Made by a program: the position numbers and the translations under genes. Under the pieces are notes generated by a model, which did no database searches, was not told the origin of the DNA, and saw nothing but the letters and a program-made list of their open reading frames with translations. From positions 2,460,001 to 2,492,000 of the forward strand of contig NC_006138.1 of assembly GCF_000025945.1 (NCBI RefSeq): a stretch of 32,000 nt of DNA. The letters are read 5' to 3'. The first letter of the stretch is position 1. Each line of letters begins with the position of its first letter. Positions 8,734 to 19,035 of this stretch are shown here, one piece after another. The stretch is from Desulfotalea psychrophila LSv54 (GTDB lineage Bacteria > Desulfobacterota > Desulfobulbia > Desulfobulbales > Desulfocapsaceae).

Positions 8734-9249
8734 ATGAAAACATTAATCAATGTCCTTATCTACCAGTCGATCTGGTTCCTGTCTATTCTTGGCGGTAATA
8801 GCGGTGCATGGTTTGGTCTATTGTTACTATGCGCCCATCTATTTTATTCAGCAACGAAAAGTGCAGACTTGCGGATGATTGGAGCCCTGTTTGTGGCAGG
8901 GCTGTTGCTAGATGGAACTCTACATCAAGTTGGCTTTTTCTCTTTTACTGAAACAGGATTTCCAATACCTTTCTGGTTACTGGTTATCTGGTTGGGGCTA
9001 GCCATAACACCGAATCATAGCCTGGCCTGGCTACAAAAAAAGCCACTGCTTGCTATGCTCTTTGGAACTCTTGGAGGACCAATTGCTTATTGGGCAGGTG
9101 TTCGTATGGGTGCTGCCCACTTCAACTGGGAGCTACTCCCTTCGCTCGGTACACTTGCAGTTATCTGGGGTCTTCTATGGCCTCTGGTTATGCATTTAAG
9201 TGTCATATCAACAAAAAGGTCTCAAACTCGTCTACTGACACATAAATAG
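8734..9249 (+). CDS. DUF2878 family integral membrane protein
   Basis: Multi-helix hydrophobic 171 aa (from MKTLINVLIYQSIWFLSILGG); end of the DUF1365-Cfa cluster. Confidence 0.75.
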   Translation: MKTLINVLIYQSIWFLSILGGNSGAWFGLLLLCAHLFYSATKSADLRMIGALFVAGLLLDGTLHQVGFFSFTETGFPIPFWLLVIWLGLAITPNHSLAWLQKKPLLAMLFGTLGGPIAYWAGVRMGAAHFNWELLPSLGTLAVIWGLLWPLVMHLSVISTKRSQTRLLTHK

Positions 9250-9390
9250 TAGTACCAGTTACCATTTGTCCATCCCGGTTGTATTTTTCTTTAGAGCACT
9301 AATTTTGCAAGTATATGCAAATTAATAAAAGAATATGAAATAAGGCTAGTAGAAAAAAAACTATAACACGCAGCAAAATGGTGAGTTTAT

Positions 9391-9780
9391 ATGAGATTAC
9401 AAGAATACTTTGCAGGACAATCTGGGGTTGGAGTTATTTCGACAGCAAACAATAAAGGTGAGGTAAACAGCGCTGTTTATGCCAAGCCTCATGTAACTGG
9501 TAAAAACAGTATAGCATTTGTAACACGTGATAAACTGACAAGGGCAAACCTACAAGAGAACGTCAAAGCGAACTATCTCTTTATTGAGAAAGAGGGAGAT
9601 TTTAAAGGTATTCGACTCTATCTCACCATGACAGAAGAAGTACAAGATAAAGAGCTTATTGCCTCTTTATCGCGAAGAACATCTGCAAACGAAGACGATA
9701 GTATAGAAAGATTTTTAATTTATTTCAATGTTGAAAAGGCTCTTGCTCTGATTGGGGATGAGGCGTTTGAACTAGAGTAA
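9391..9780 (+). CDS. Pyridoxamine 5'-phosphate oxidase-like (FMN-binding split-barrel) protein
   Basis: GVGVISTANNKGEVNSAVYAKPHVTGKNSIAFVTRDKLTRANLQENVKANYLFIE; 129 aa. Confidence 0.75.
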   Translation: MRLQEYFAGQSGVGVISTANNKGEVNSAVYAKPHVTGKNSIAFVTRDKLTRANLQENVKANYLFIEKEGDFKGIRLYLTMTEEVQDKELIASLSRRTSANEDDSIERFLIYFNVEKALALIGDEAFELE

Positions 9781-9812
9781 TAAATCAAAGGGTATACCTT
9801 TTTTTATGATAT

Positions 9813-9841
9813 CAAGACTACCATGCAGCATGGTAGTCTTG
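9813..9841. terminator. Perfect 13-bp hairpin between convergent genes (possible bidirectional transcription end; no adjacent 3' T-run)
   Basis: CAAGACTACCATG-CAG-CATGGTAGTCTTG. Confidence 0.55.
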
Positions 9842-9847
9842 ACTTAA

Positions 9848-10204
9848 TCAATGAATCAAAAAATCTTCTAAATTATTTTTTCCATACTCAATTGTGCTAT
9901 CTGTATTTTTTATTTGTTTAGCAATTGTGGCCATAATAAGTTTAACCCCGTTTGTCTTTTCGGGATCTGTGAGTGGAAATAATCTAACGGTAAGGCTCGA
10001 TTTTTTTTGTGAAAGTTGAACAAAAAAGTTTTGATTAACTCCATTCTCAATCGCTAAAGATTCGATCAAGGCACTCTGCTCGCTAGCATTAATGTATTTA
10101 TCTACAACCTTTAATATTCCACCGTCTATCTTATTTGCGAAAGGCTGTACAGCATCAAAAGCGGCTTTGGTTGAGTTTATGTTTTCCAGAACAATATGTG
10201 GCAT
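9848..10204 (-). CDS. Conserved hypothetical protein (tautomerase-like N-terminus MPHIVLE)
   Basis: 118 aa with strong upstream RBS (GAGGAGGAGATATG). Confidence 0.65.
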   Translation of the reverse strand: MPHIVLENINSTKAAFDAVQPFANKIDGGILKVVDKYINASEQSALIESLAIENGVNQNFFVQLSQKKSSLTVRLFPLTDPEKTNGVKLIMATIAKQIKNTDSTIEYGKNNLEDFLIH

Positions 10205-10325
10205 ATCTCCTCCTCTGTTTTTGATTAAAGTATTTAGATTGTATCCATTACTGAATAGCTAGGTTATATGAGCAACTTTTCCTTATTGCTCCACTTCTAT
10301 AAAATAATCTTCCCACCTGTTGCTT

Positions 10326-10841
10326 TTATTTCTGTTTCACATAAATGAGTGCCTCCGTATCAAAACCTTTCTCTTTTGCAGTTTCAACAAAGTGGCTTAT
10401 AATTTCTTTTTCAACCTTAGGGGTGCGCGAAAGTAGCCAAAGATAGTTGTGATTAAATCCGGAGACATAGGCATATTGATAATTTTCCTCATCAAGACCG
10501 AAAACCACATACGAGCTGTAAAAAGGTCCAAAAAAAGAGACCTTGAGGTATCCCTCATTAATTTCCCCAGCTAAAAAGGCCTTTCCGACCGCTTCTTTCC
10601 ATTCATTCTTTGTATTTGAAAAACCACGATTAACAACCTTTACCTGACCATTGCCAAGAGAGGTGTATTCAGCACTAACCTGCTCAAGACCTCGTTCAAA
10701 AGAATGATCTAAGCGGGCAACTTCGTACCACTTCCCGAGATATCTATTCAAGTCGAACTGCTGTATAGGTGATACATTTTGTGGATATCCGCCACAACCA
10801 CTAAGCAATAGCGACAAGACACCAAGCAACCATTTAGACAT
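10326..10841 (-). CDS. blc: Lipocalin, outer-membrane lipoprotein Blc-like
   Basis: Lipobox LLLSGC; lipocalin motif YLGKWYEVARLDHSFERGLEQVSAEY; NRGF.. and YVSGFNHNYLWLLSRTP. Confidence 0.9.
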   Translation of the reverse strand: MSKWLLGVLSLLLSGCGGYPQNVSPIQQFDLNRYLGKWYEVARLDHSFERGLEQVSAEYTSLGNGQVKVVNRGFSNTKNEWKEAVGKAFLAGEINEGYLKVSFFGPFYSSYVVFGLDEENYQYAYVSGFNHNYLWLLSRTPKVEKEIISHFVETAKEKGFDTEALIYVKQK

Positions 10842-11299
10842 GGGGCACCAATCTCCTTTAAAAACAAATACCTACATTTTTTTTTGATTCGGCCAATAAA
10901 AGAGACCAGGTAACAGGCTCGCTTGTTAGGCTGACACAGCTTTCTCATCTTTGATTTGACACTTGACAACATTCTCAAACCTAGAGACCTATAACTCATT
11001 ATGCACATCCTTTTTTAAAAAATAAAGGTTACTGTGACGCCAAAAACTCTCCCAAGAAGGATATTGCTTTAAATGTAAGATACAGTAGTAATATCTCACA
11101 TCTAAACGTAGTCATTCAATTAAAGAGATACCATGTATTTGGGGAAGTATTTACCGGCAATATTCTATTGCACCTTATTCTTTTATATAGTGTACGCTTT
11201 AAATAAGTATACTGATGTGGCTACTCTGAATTGGCTGTATCAATGACATTCAGTATGAGTATCAAAAACAGGGGAAGTTTTCATGGGGTGTAAGATAAA

Positions 11300-11890
11300 A
11301 TGACTGATAAAAAGATAGTCCTATACAGCTTGACTACTTGTGGTTTCTGTCAGGCTATTAAGAAAATGTTTGATGATCTCGCGGTAGGCCACCTTTGTAT
11401 ACAGGCTGATGAATTGACTGGGGAGGAAAAAAAACAAGCATTAAGAGACCTCAGGAAGGTTAACCCTAAGTGTTCATTTCCAACTGTGGTCATAGATGAA
11501 ACAGTTGTCGTGGGACCTAAAATTCAGGAAATAAAAGAAAAAATAGGGATTCGTACTGAGGTAGATGAACTCTATGAGGTGCTTAAAAAGAAAAATGAGC
11601 CAAAAGGATATTATCTAAATGGAGATAGAGAGAAAACATTTGAACTTATTCGAGGCCTCTTAACCAATAAAAAGCGTTATGGCTATATGGCTTGTCCCTG
11701 TCGGCTTGCTTCTGGGGACAGGAATAATGATCGTGACATTATCTGTCCCTGTCTTTATCGAGAACCGGATGTAAAAGAATTCGGCAGTTGCTACTGCACT
11801 CTCTATGTGTCAGCTGACTGGTATACTGGGAAAATTGAAAGGCAAGAAGTTGCAGAGAGGCGGCCTCCTGAACACTATGAGTTAGACTAA
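11300..11890 (+). CDS. Glutaredoxin domain fused to ferredoxin:thioredoxin reductase catalytic-chain domain
   Basis: N-term VLYSLTTCGFCQAIKKMF...CSFPTVVID; C-term CPCR..DIICPCLYREPDVKEFGSCYCTLYV, the conserved FTRc cysteine pattern. Confidence 0.88.
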   Translation: MTDKKIVLYSLTTCGFCQAIKKMFDDLAVGHLCIQADELTGEEKKQALRDLRKVNPKCSFPTVVIDETVVVGPKIQEIKEKIGIRTEVDELYEVLKKKNEPKGYYLNGDREKTFELIRGLLTNKKRYGYMACPCRLASGDRNNDRDIICPCLYREPDVKEFGSCYCTLYVSADWYTGKIERQEVAERRPPEHYELD

Positions 11891-11912
11891 TGATTCAAGC
11901 GGGGAAAGAAAA

Positions 11913-12833
11913 ATGATTCGACTGGGATTATGCTGTATATTCCGTGAAGAGCCTATCCGCTTTCGCCAGACAACTGCTACAGCACTAAAAAAGACGTCAA
12001 GGCGGGAGCAGTTAGAAAAGCTCTCCTCTATTTGTTTGAAAAACCTACTGAGCTTAAGTAAAGCGTTAGAGTGGGTTATAGCACATGAAATAGGAGCTTT
12101 TCGTGTTTCATCTCCGCTCTTTCCGAGATTTACCCATCCTGGTGTTGGTTACCAACTGAATGAGCTGCCGGATCACAAAGCACTCATCACGCAGTGCGAT
12201 AAGATACGTACACGCAGGAAAGAATCAGATATTCGATTAAGCCTTCACCCTGATCAATTTAATGTTCTCTCTTCTCCGCATTCAGAAGTTGTAAAAAACA
12301 CCATTAAGGAACTGGAATATCAAGGGTTACTAGCAGAACTTATTGGGGCGGATGTAATAAATATCCATGGTGGAGGAGTGTATGGTGACAAAGCCCTTGC
12401 CCTTGGAAGACTAAGAGATAATTTTACATTGTTGTCTGCAAGAGTTCAAACTCGGCTCACCCTTGAAAATGATGATCATTCTTATACGCCTGCTGATCTG
12501 ATATCTGTTTGTGATGATATGAAGATCCCATTTGTGTACGATGTACACCATCATCGATGTTTGCCTGATCGGTTATCGATTAAAAATGCTACGACTGAAT
12601 GCGTAAGAAGCTGGAATAATATTGGTCGTGAACCATTATTCCATATTTCTACAGCTCTCAACGGGTATGGTTCTTCAAAGCCTCAACCTCACGCTGATTT
12701 TATAAATATAAACGATTTCCCGCAAGAATGGCTTCATCTGGATGCAACAGTCGAGGTTGAAGCAAAAGCAAAAGAGTTGGCTGTACTCAGGCTTAAAAAT
12801 GACCTCAATTTATTGGGGAAAAATGTACATTAA
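11913..12833 (+). CDS. uvsE: UV damage endonuclease UvsE/UvdE family
   Basis: RLGLCCIFREEPIRFR, RLSLHPDQFNVLSSP, INIHGGGVYGDK, LTLENDD, VPFVYDVHHHR, HADFININDF. Confidence 0.92.
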   Translation: MIRLGLCCIFREEPIRFRQTTATALKKTSRREQLEKLSSICLKNLLSLSKALEWVIAHEIGAFRVSSPLFPRFTHPGVGYQLNELPDHKALITQCDKIRTRRKESDIRLSLHPDQFNVLSSPHSEVVKNTIKELEYQGLLAELIGADVINIHGGGVYGDKALALGRLRDNFTLLSARVQTRLTLENDDHSYTPADLISVCDDMKIPFVYDVHHHRCLPDRLSIKNATTECVRSWNNIGREPLFHISTALNGYGSSKPQPHADFININDFPQEWLHLDATVEVEAKAKELAVLRLKNDLNLLGKNVH

Positions 12834-12987
12834 AGACAACTAAGATTGAAAATATTCAACGACCAAAGGAGGACCATAACAAGCTCTCCCTTTTTTGATG
12901 TAGACCTGTCTCTTTATCAAAAAAATCCCCCTTGGGGCTTAGCAGCTTCAAGGGAGATTTTATTTATAACAATAAGGCTCGAACGGT

Positions 12988-13167
12988 TTACCAACTGTCA
13001 CCAAGCACTACATTCAAATCCATGCAATTTTTTTGTTCTTCTTCGGTCAGATCTTCCTTTTTTTTAATTTGACCGAGATCCTCTATATAGCAGGCATACT
13101 CCGTACCATTCTTGTCTTGAACCCACACCATTTTTTGATACACTTTTGAAATGATTTCACCTTTCAT
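12988..13167 (-). CDS. Small hypothetical protein (59 aa), absent from the supplied ORF track
   Basis: MKGEIISKVYQKMVWVQDKNGTEYACYIEDLGQIKKKEDLTEEEQKNCMDLNVVLGDSW* with RBS GAAGGAGTTACT just upstream. Confidence 0.6.
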   Translation of the reverse strand: MKGEIISKVYQKMVWVQDKNGTEYACYIEDLGQIKKKEDLTEEEQKNCMDLNVVLGDSW

Positions 13168-13701
13168 AGTAACTCCTTCATCCAGTGTTTATAAAATTAG
13201 GATCAGTCATTGAATCAGACTGCCTGTTGGTGCTACTCAAATACTTTTCTTATGAAAAATACTATATATAATTAGTCTAGTGATCTAACATTAAAAAGCA
13301 AGCCTGAATTATTAATCGTGATGTCCCCCAAAGCCTCACCTCAAAAATGCTTTAAAACGAATAAATTGTAAAGATTATGAATAACGGATAAAAAATTCAA
13401 ATCAATAGTGAACTTTGAACCCGTGAGTTGACTTTTAAACAAGGGATCAAAGAACTTCGTATGTTTACAAATAAAGAATTAACTAAATATCCTCTTGTAT
13501 TATTTAGATTTATTATGCATGCTGGGCCATTTTTTTGGTTGTGTTACCAATTTATTGTTTAGTGAAATTCTCGTTCGATATATGCAATTACCTTATCATG
13601 CCACTCAGTACCACCGAAAAAACGGCAAGACATGTAGCCATATCAAAACCTTAGAATTATACTCTGCCATCTCTTCAACGTTTTGCATCACGACCAAAAA
13701 A

Positions 13702-13738
13702 AGGGAGGAGCCATAAAACGCCGCCCTCCCCTCCTTTA
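13702..13738 (-). terminator. Probable Rho-independent terminator of the downstream-strand ADH gene
   Basis: Minus strand reads GGGGAGG..GGCTCCTCCCTTTTTTT. Confidence 0.5.
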
Positions 13739-13771
13739 TTTTTCTGAAACTATACCAAGTCCGCTCCAGAT

Positions 13772-14923
13772 TTAGAAATTAATCGCTGTTCCGTCGTAGC
13801 ATGCCTGGTAGATTGCCTTGATCTCTTCAAACGTAGGTTTTCTGAGGTTGAAAAGGGTACAGGGATCGTTCAGTGCATTCTCAGTCAGAGTATCCAACTT
13901 TGCTTCCCACTCTTTCTCACCAATACCATACTCTTTGAGTGACCCTACAACACCTGCAGATGCTCGGAGGTTTGATACTTCCTGGGCGAACTCTTCAGCA
14001 GTTGATTTGCCGGACAGAGCTGCAAGATCGGCATACTTATCTGTTACCTTGGAATTGAAACGGATGACGTTAGGCATAAGAATAGCATTACCACAACCAT
14101 GAGGTATACCGAAAGTTCCACCAATCTGATGTGACATGGAGTGAACAATTCCCAGCCATACATTGGTAAATGCCATACCTGCCATGCAGGAAGCATCGTG
14201 CATTGCCTGGCGGGCTTCCAGGTTTTTGGGCTCTTCTACAACAATGAGGAGATTCTTGAATACCAGGTCAATAGAACCTTTGGCCAGAGAATCGCTATAA
14301 CGGTCGGCAATGTTTGAGGCATAAGCTTCCACGCCATGGCTCAGGGCATCAAGTCCGGTATTTGCAGTTACATGCTTAGGCATGCTAGCGCAAAGCTCGC
14401 CATCAATAATAGCCACGTCAGGAGTCAGCTCGTGAGAAACGATAGGGTATTTTGTACCTTTCTCTCTGTCTGTAATTACGGAAAGACCGGTGATTTCTGT
14501 ACCTGTACCGCTTGTTGAGGGAATTGCAACGAAATAAGCCTTATTACGCAGGGCCTTAACAGCAAATGGAGCTGACAATTCTTCAAGCTTTGACTCAGGA
14601 TACTCGTAAAAAACCCACATTGCTTTAGCAGCATCGATGGCTGAACATCCGCCCAATCCGACAATAACATCGGGCTGTTCCTCGGTGAAGAACTCTGCTC
14701 CTTTAAGAACTGTCTCAATAGATGGATCAGCTTCTACACCGGAGAAAACAACAGATTCAATGTTTGCTTCAGAGAGGCAGTTCTGAGTTCTTTCCAGAGC
14801 TCCGTTTTTCTGAACTGAGCTACCACCAATGACAATAACTGCTTTGCTGCCTTTCAACCCTTTAAGATTCTCAAGAGTGCCTAAGCCGTGGAATATTTCT
14901 TTTGGAACAATAAATTTCGCCAT
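13772..14923 (-). CDS. Iron-containing alcohol dehydrogenase
   Basis: 383 aa; VIVGLGGCSAIDAAKAMW, STSGTGTEITGLSVIT, GLDALSHGVEAYAS, HSMSHQIGGTFGIPHGCGNAILMP. Confidence 0.93.
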   Translation of the reverse strand: MAKFIVPKEIFHGLGTLENLKGLKGSKAVIVIGGSSVQKNGALERTQNCLSEANIESVVFSGVEADPSIETVLKGAEFFTEEQPDVIVGLGGCSAIDAAKAMWVFYEYPESKLEELSAPFAVKALRNKAYFVAIPSTSGTGTEITGLSVITDREKGTKYPIVSHELTPDVAIIDGELCASMPKHVTANTGLDALSHGVEAYASNIADRYSDSLAKGSIDLVFKNLLIVVEEPKNLEARQAMHDASCMAGMAFTNVWLGIVHSMSHQIGGTFGIPHGCGNAILMPNVIRFNSKVTDKYADLAALSGKSTAEEFAQEVSNLRASAGVVGSLKEYGIGEKEWEAKLDTLTENALNDPCTLFNLRKPTFEEIKAIYQACYDGTAINF

Positions 14924-15289
14924 TTTTATTTCTCTTCTGTTAACGACAATTAAAAAAACGGGCTGTTATTTTGTTAAAGCACCTGTGCTTTGCTTCCCGT
15001 TTCAAGAGGGGCGGCTACTTCCCGCCCTGTTCAATTCTTTTTTAATAAAGGTTCGGCCCGGGAGCCGCCCTACATTTTGTATCTAGCCACTGCCACGCGC
15101 TCAATGTGGCTGCTGCTGAACTGTGGGGAGAATATACGCTAAGCCAAGGAGCAATGGAATATCTGTTCCTGCTTAAATATTGCCTAATTCTGCTGAGAAT
15201 GTTTTTTTACTGCATGTTTGATTGCATTTACATGCTCATATATGGCATGGTGTAAATTCAGACTAAAGGCTTTGGATGGGAGAAACATT

Positions 15290-16171
15290 ATGTCCAGTAT
15301 GATAGCGTTGCTTGATCAGCTTGTTAAAAACGAACTGTTTACAGATTCAAAATTACCCGGTGTTCGATTTTTTATGTCTAACCAGCACATTCCCCGCACA
15401 CCCCTTGTTTACGATCCCGGAATATTTATTGTGGCTCAGGGGCGAAAGATTGGTTATCTGGGAGTCAGTATTTTCCAGTATGATGCGAATAATTATCTTG
15501 TCACCTCAGTTCCCATGCCCTTTGAATGTGAGACCTTTTCCACTCCAACCGCTCCATTTCTCGGGCTTTACATTGACATCAACATAGCCACACTTCATGA
15601 ATTGATCGGGATCATGGGGTTGGATGGCGACTTGCGAAACATACAGATGAGTGAGGTGCCTAAAGGTGTGGGGCCTGCTGAACTTGATGAGGATATGGGT
15701 GATGCGGTTGTAAGGTTGTTGAAATGTCTACAGTCTGAAACTGAAAGCAAAATTCTGGGACCGGGGCTGATAAAAGAAATACTGTATCGGGCACTTTGCG
15801 GAACCCAGGCCTCATCTCTTTGCGCACTGGCTACACATACAGGAAATTTTGCCAGGATATCCCATGCACTCCGATCGATACATAACGATTATGCATCCAA
15901 GCTTGATGTTGAACGCTTATCTCAACTTGCGAATATGAGTGTGTCTACATTCCATCGGGCCTTCAAGGAGGTAACCTCGGAATCCCCAGTTCAATATCTT
16001 AAAAAAATACGATTGAGCAGGGCACGCGATTTTATGCTGAACGAACAGATGAAAGCATATATTGCAGCCGATATGGTTGGGTATGAAAGCGCTTCACAAT
16101 TTAGCCGTGAATTCAAACGGTATTTCGGACAAAGTCCAGCTGACATGATACGAGAGTCACGATCGGCTTGA
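15290..16171 (+). CDS. AraC-family transcriptional regulator (AraC N-terminal-domain type)
   Basis: FIVAQGRKIGYLG.. N-terminal domain; C-terminal HTH LANMSVSTFHRAFKEVTSESPVQYLKKIRLSRARDFML..YESASQFSREFKRYFGQSPADM. Divergent from the Fe-ADH gene. Confidence 0.92.
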   Translation: MSSMIALLDQLVKNELFTDSKLPGVRFFMSNQHIPRTPLVYDPGIFIVAQGRKIGYLGVSIFQYDANNYLVTSVPMPFECETFSTPTAPFLGLYIDINIATLHELIGIMGLDGDLRNIQMSEVPKGVGPAELDEDMGDAVVRLLKCLQSETESKILGPGLIKEILYRALCGTQASSLCALATHTGNFARISHALRSIHNDYASKLDVERLSQLANMSVSTFHRAFKEVTSESPVQYLKKIRLSRARDFMLNEQMKAYIAADMVGYESASQFSREFKRYFGQSPADMIRESRSA

Positions 16172-16256
16172 TGTCACTTTGATCCCTTCTATCCATTTTG
16201 TTTTTGTCTTCGTGGGAAAGATACTTTGACACAACGCTTACTGTTCCTCGTATTAC

Positions 16257-16296
16257 AACGAGTTAATATGGACTCGACAATGTCGGGGGAGGATCA
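16257..16296. repeat. Orphan terminal end of an IS related to the IS3 element at 2336..3610
   Basis: TCGACAATGTCGGGGGAGGATCA matches the IS end TCCACAATATCGGGGGAGGATCA at 21/23 positions; similarity continues leftward. Confidence 0.7.
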
Positions 16297-16799
16297 TAAT
16301 GATGAATAAGCAACAAAGTCAGGAAACCGGAATAACAGGTTATATATCATAGATATAGGCTGATTTAAAATTCCTTACCAAGCATAAAAGTTCGCACTTT
16401 CAACTATTTAACAATTGACATTTGCCAATATCTTTGTTAAAAGATATCACTCTTTGTCTTGGCGGCGTTCGCTTCCTGAACGGACCGATCATAGACCCGC
16501 AGTTGAGGTGGACTGTGCTTACCCTTGGTAGGTTCGGGACGAATCCTCTTTCTTCTGGGCAGCACTGGCTTGAGGCACTCCGCTTCAAGATTGGGTGCGG
16601 GTGGCCCTTACCTGTAAAAAAAAACAGCACTTCAATCTTCGGGCACTCTGCTGCCTGGCCTTCCTATTTATCTGTGGCACGAGCTATTCCGTCATATTTC
16701 ATTTTGTTTGCCTTATGCAGGTGTCCTCCTAACGTCTTCATTTCCCTATGGGGAATTGTAGAATTTTGTTTAGTTAATACAAGCAAAGGAGAACAGACA

Positions 16800-18119
16800 A
16801 TGCCTATTTACTCAAATACTCAGCAGAATATTGCTGAGCAACTATCAACAGAAAAAATAAACATATCCAAATGGATGGATTGGAAATGGCAACTGAGAAA
16901 CAGCATTAAATCAGTTGAGCAGTTTGAAAGCCTGCTTGGCATTGAAATGGACGAGAAATACCGAAAAAAAATTAAAGAGACACTACGTAAATTTCCTCTG
17001 TCGATAACTCCTTATTATCTTTCTCTGATCAATAGCGAGGATTACAGCAACGACCCGATTTTTATCCAGTCCTTTCCGTCACCGAAGGAATTGGACATAT
17101 CCCCGCATGATATGGAAGACCCTCTTGCGGAGGACAAGGACAGCCCTGTTCCCAATATCACTCATCGCTACCCGGACCGGGTTCTTTTGCAAGTCAGCAA
17201 CACATGCGCAATGTACTGCCGGCATTGCACCCGAAAACGAAAAGTCGGCGATGTTGACTCTATCCCGCTTAAGCAGGAAATACTTAATGGTATTGAATAT
17301 ATCAGACAGACTCCTGTCATCAGGGATGTTCTCCTCTCCGGTGGTGATCCTCTCATGCTCTCTGATGATTATCTTGACTGGATCCTCTCAGAACTTCGCA
17401 CAATTCCACACGTTCAGGTCATTCGTATAGGCTCCAGAATGCCGGTCGTATTACCTTATCGTGTTACTGATAGCCTTGTCGCGATGCTCAAAAAGCATCA
17501 TCCGCTCTGGGTTAACACCCACTTTAATCATCCAAGAGAGGTCACTGCCTCAACTCGTGAAGCCTTAGCTAAGTTAGCAAATGCAGGCATCCCTCTTGGC
17601 AATCAAAGTGTATTGCTTGCTGGTGTAAACGACTGTCCCCGCATTATGAAGAGCCTGGTTCATAAACTGGTAGAAAACAGGGTTCGCCCCTACTACCTCT
17701 ATCAATGTGACCTAGCTGAAGGACTCAACCATTTCCGCACTCCAGTAGGTAAGGGTATTGAAATATTGGAAAGTCTGCGTGGCCATACTAGTGGTTTTGC
17801 AGTACCTACCTATGTGGTAGACGCTCCAGGCGGAGGGGGGAAAATTCCACTTAACCCAAATTATCTGGTTTCCTTTTCTACAAATAAGGTCATACTGCGC
17901 AACTATGAGGGGGTCATTACAACTTATCAGGAACCAGACAGCTATGAGTCTACCTTTTGTGATCGCAAATGTGCTGATTGCAACCTGCAATTATACCTTA
18001 ATGACGCTGAAGAGTCTCGAGCCATTGGAATAGAAAAACTGTTGGCAGACCACGACCGGACAATTTCTTTGGTGCCTAAGAAAAATGAACGTATGGAGCG
18101 GAGAGACAGTGAGCGATAA
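16800..18119 (+). CDS. ablA: Lysine 2,3-aminomutase (radical SAM)
   Basis: [60 protein letters not shown] is open further upstream (16422), but MPIYSN... with AAAGGAGA RBS is the likely start. Confidence 0.93.
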   Translation: MPIYSNTQQNIAEQLSTEKINISKWMDWKWQLRNSIKSVEQFESLLGIEMDEKYRKKIKETLRKFPLSITPYYLSLINSEDYSNDPIFIQSFPSPKELDISPHDMEDPLAEDKDSPVPNITHRYPDRVLLQVSNTCAMYCRHCTRKRKVGDVDSIPLKQEILNGIEYIRQTPVIRDVLLSGGDPLMLSDDYLDWILSELRTIPHVQVIRIGSRMPVVLPYRVTDSLVAMLKKHHPLWVNTHFNHPREVTASTREALAKLANAGIPLGNQSVLLAGVNDCPRIMKSLVHKLVENRVRPYYLYQCDLAEGLNHFRTPVGKGIEILESLRGHTSGFAVPTYVVDAPGGGGKIPLNPNYLVSFSTNKVILRNYEGVITTYQEPDSYESTFCDRKCADCNLQLYLNDAEESRAIGIEKLLADHDRTISLVPKKNERMERRDSER

Positions 18120-18969
18120 GATAGAAATGTTTCGGGACTCCGTTATACAGCATGGACCGGAGAATGATCGCGTGTACGTTATGAAGACGACACGAACCGA
18201 CTGCCAGGATGTTATTCACTATGCCCTCAAGCTGGCCGACTCTAATGGCTACTCTAAAATTTTTGCAAAGTTCCCGGAGAGCTGCAAACAGTTCTTTGAG
18301 CAAAACATGTTCATTGAGGAAGCCAAAGTACCAGGACTCTTCAATGGAGAGGAGTGTGGCTACTTCTCTGGCAGATACATTGATTTGGCACGCAAGCTTG
18401 AAACCAGGCCTGAACTGATTGAGCAAGTAATTGAGGCCGCCCATAGCAAATACTCCGATGGGGTGGAGTCACACATGCTCTCCCCTGGACTTACATGCCG
18501 GATCATGAACAGAAACGACATTAATACAATGGCGTTTCTGTTCAAACAGGTTTTCCCTACCTATCCATTCCCAATTCATGATCCGGATTACCTGGCAACG
18601 ACCATGGAACAAAATGTCATCTATCACGGCATTTTCAAGGGAACAGAACTCATTGCCCAGTCGTCTGCTGAAATCGATTTCAACGCCCGCAATGTTGAAA
18701 TGACCGATTTTGCCACACACCTAAACAGCCGTGGCAAGGGCCTTGCGACCTACCTATTGGCAGTAATGGAAGACGACGTCATGAAAAGAGGCGTGCAAAC
18801 CGCCTATACAATTGCCAGGGCATACTCCTTTGGAATGAACAGCACCTTTGCCAAGCGAGGTTATCAATATGCAGGTACACTCACCAATAACACCCAAATC
18901 TCAGGGCAACTTGAGAGCATGAATGTTTGGTACAAACAAATTCATGGTTATATGGAGGGCAGGGCATAA
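18085..18969 (+). CDS. ablB: Beta-lysine N-acetyltransferase
   Basis: GNAT C-terminal domain ([22 protein letters not shown]...[45 protein letters not shown]) directly after ablA. Confidence 0.9.
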   Translation: MNVWSGETVSDKIEMFRDSVIQHGPENDRVYVMKTTRTDCQDVIHYALKLADSNGYSKIFAKFPESCKQFFEQNMFIEEAKVPGLFNGEECGYFSGRYIDLARKLETRPELIEQVIEAAHSKYSDGVESHMLSPGLTCRIMNRNDINTMAFLFKQVFPTYPFPIHDPDYLATTMEQNVIYHGIFKGTELIAQSSAEIDFNARNVEMTDFATHLNSRGKGLATYLLAVMEDDVMKRGVQTAYTIARAYSFGMNSTFAKRGYQYAGTLTNNTQISGQLESMNVWYKQIHGYMEGRA

Positions 18970-19035
18970 TTCCCTTTAACACTTGCAGTAAAATTATAAA
19001 GATTGATACCGTGGAAATGGCCGGGACATCAAAAA

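Noticed and set aside
10900-10930. Possible attC/attI core GTTAGGC near 10910
   Set aside because: No complementary RYYYAAC partner or inverted arms within a plausible distance; likely chance.
12846-13067. 73-aa plus-strand ORF after uvsE
   Set aside because: Overlaps antisense the better-supported 59-aa minus-strand ORF with an RBS.
13495-13716. 73-aa plus-strand ORF in the AT-rich gap before the Fe-ADH gene
   Set aside because: No RBS, no recognisable motif and low complexity; insufficient support.
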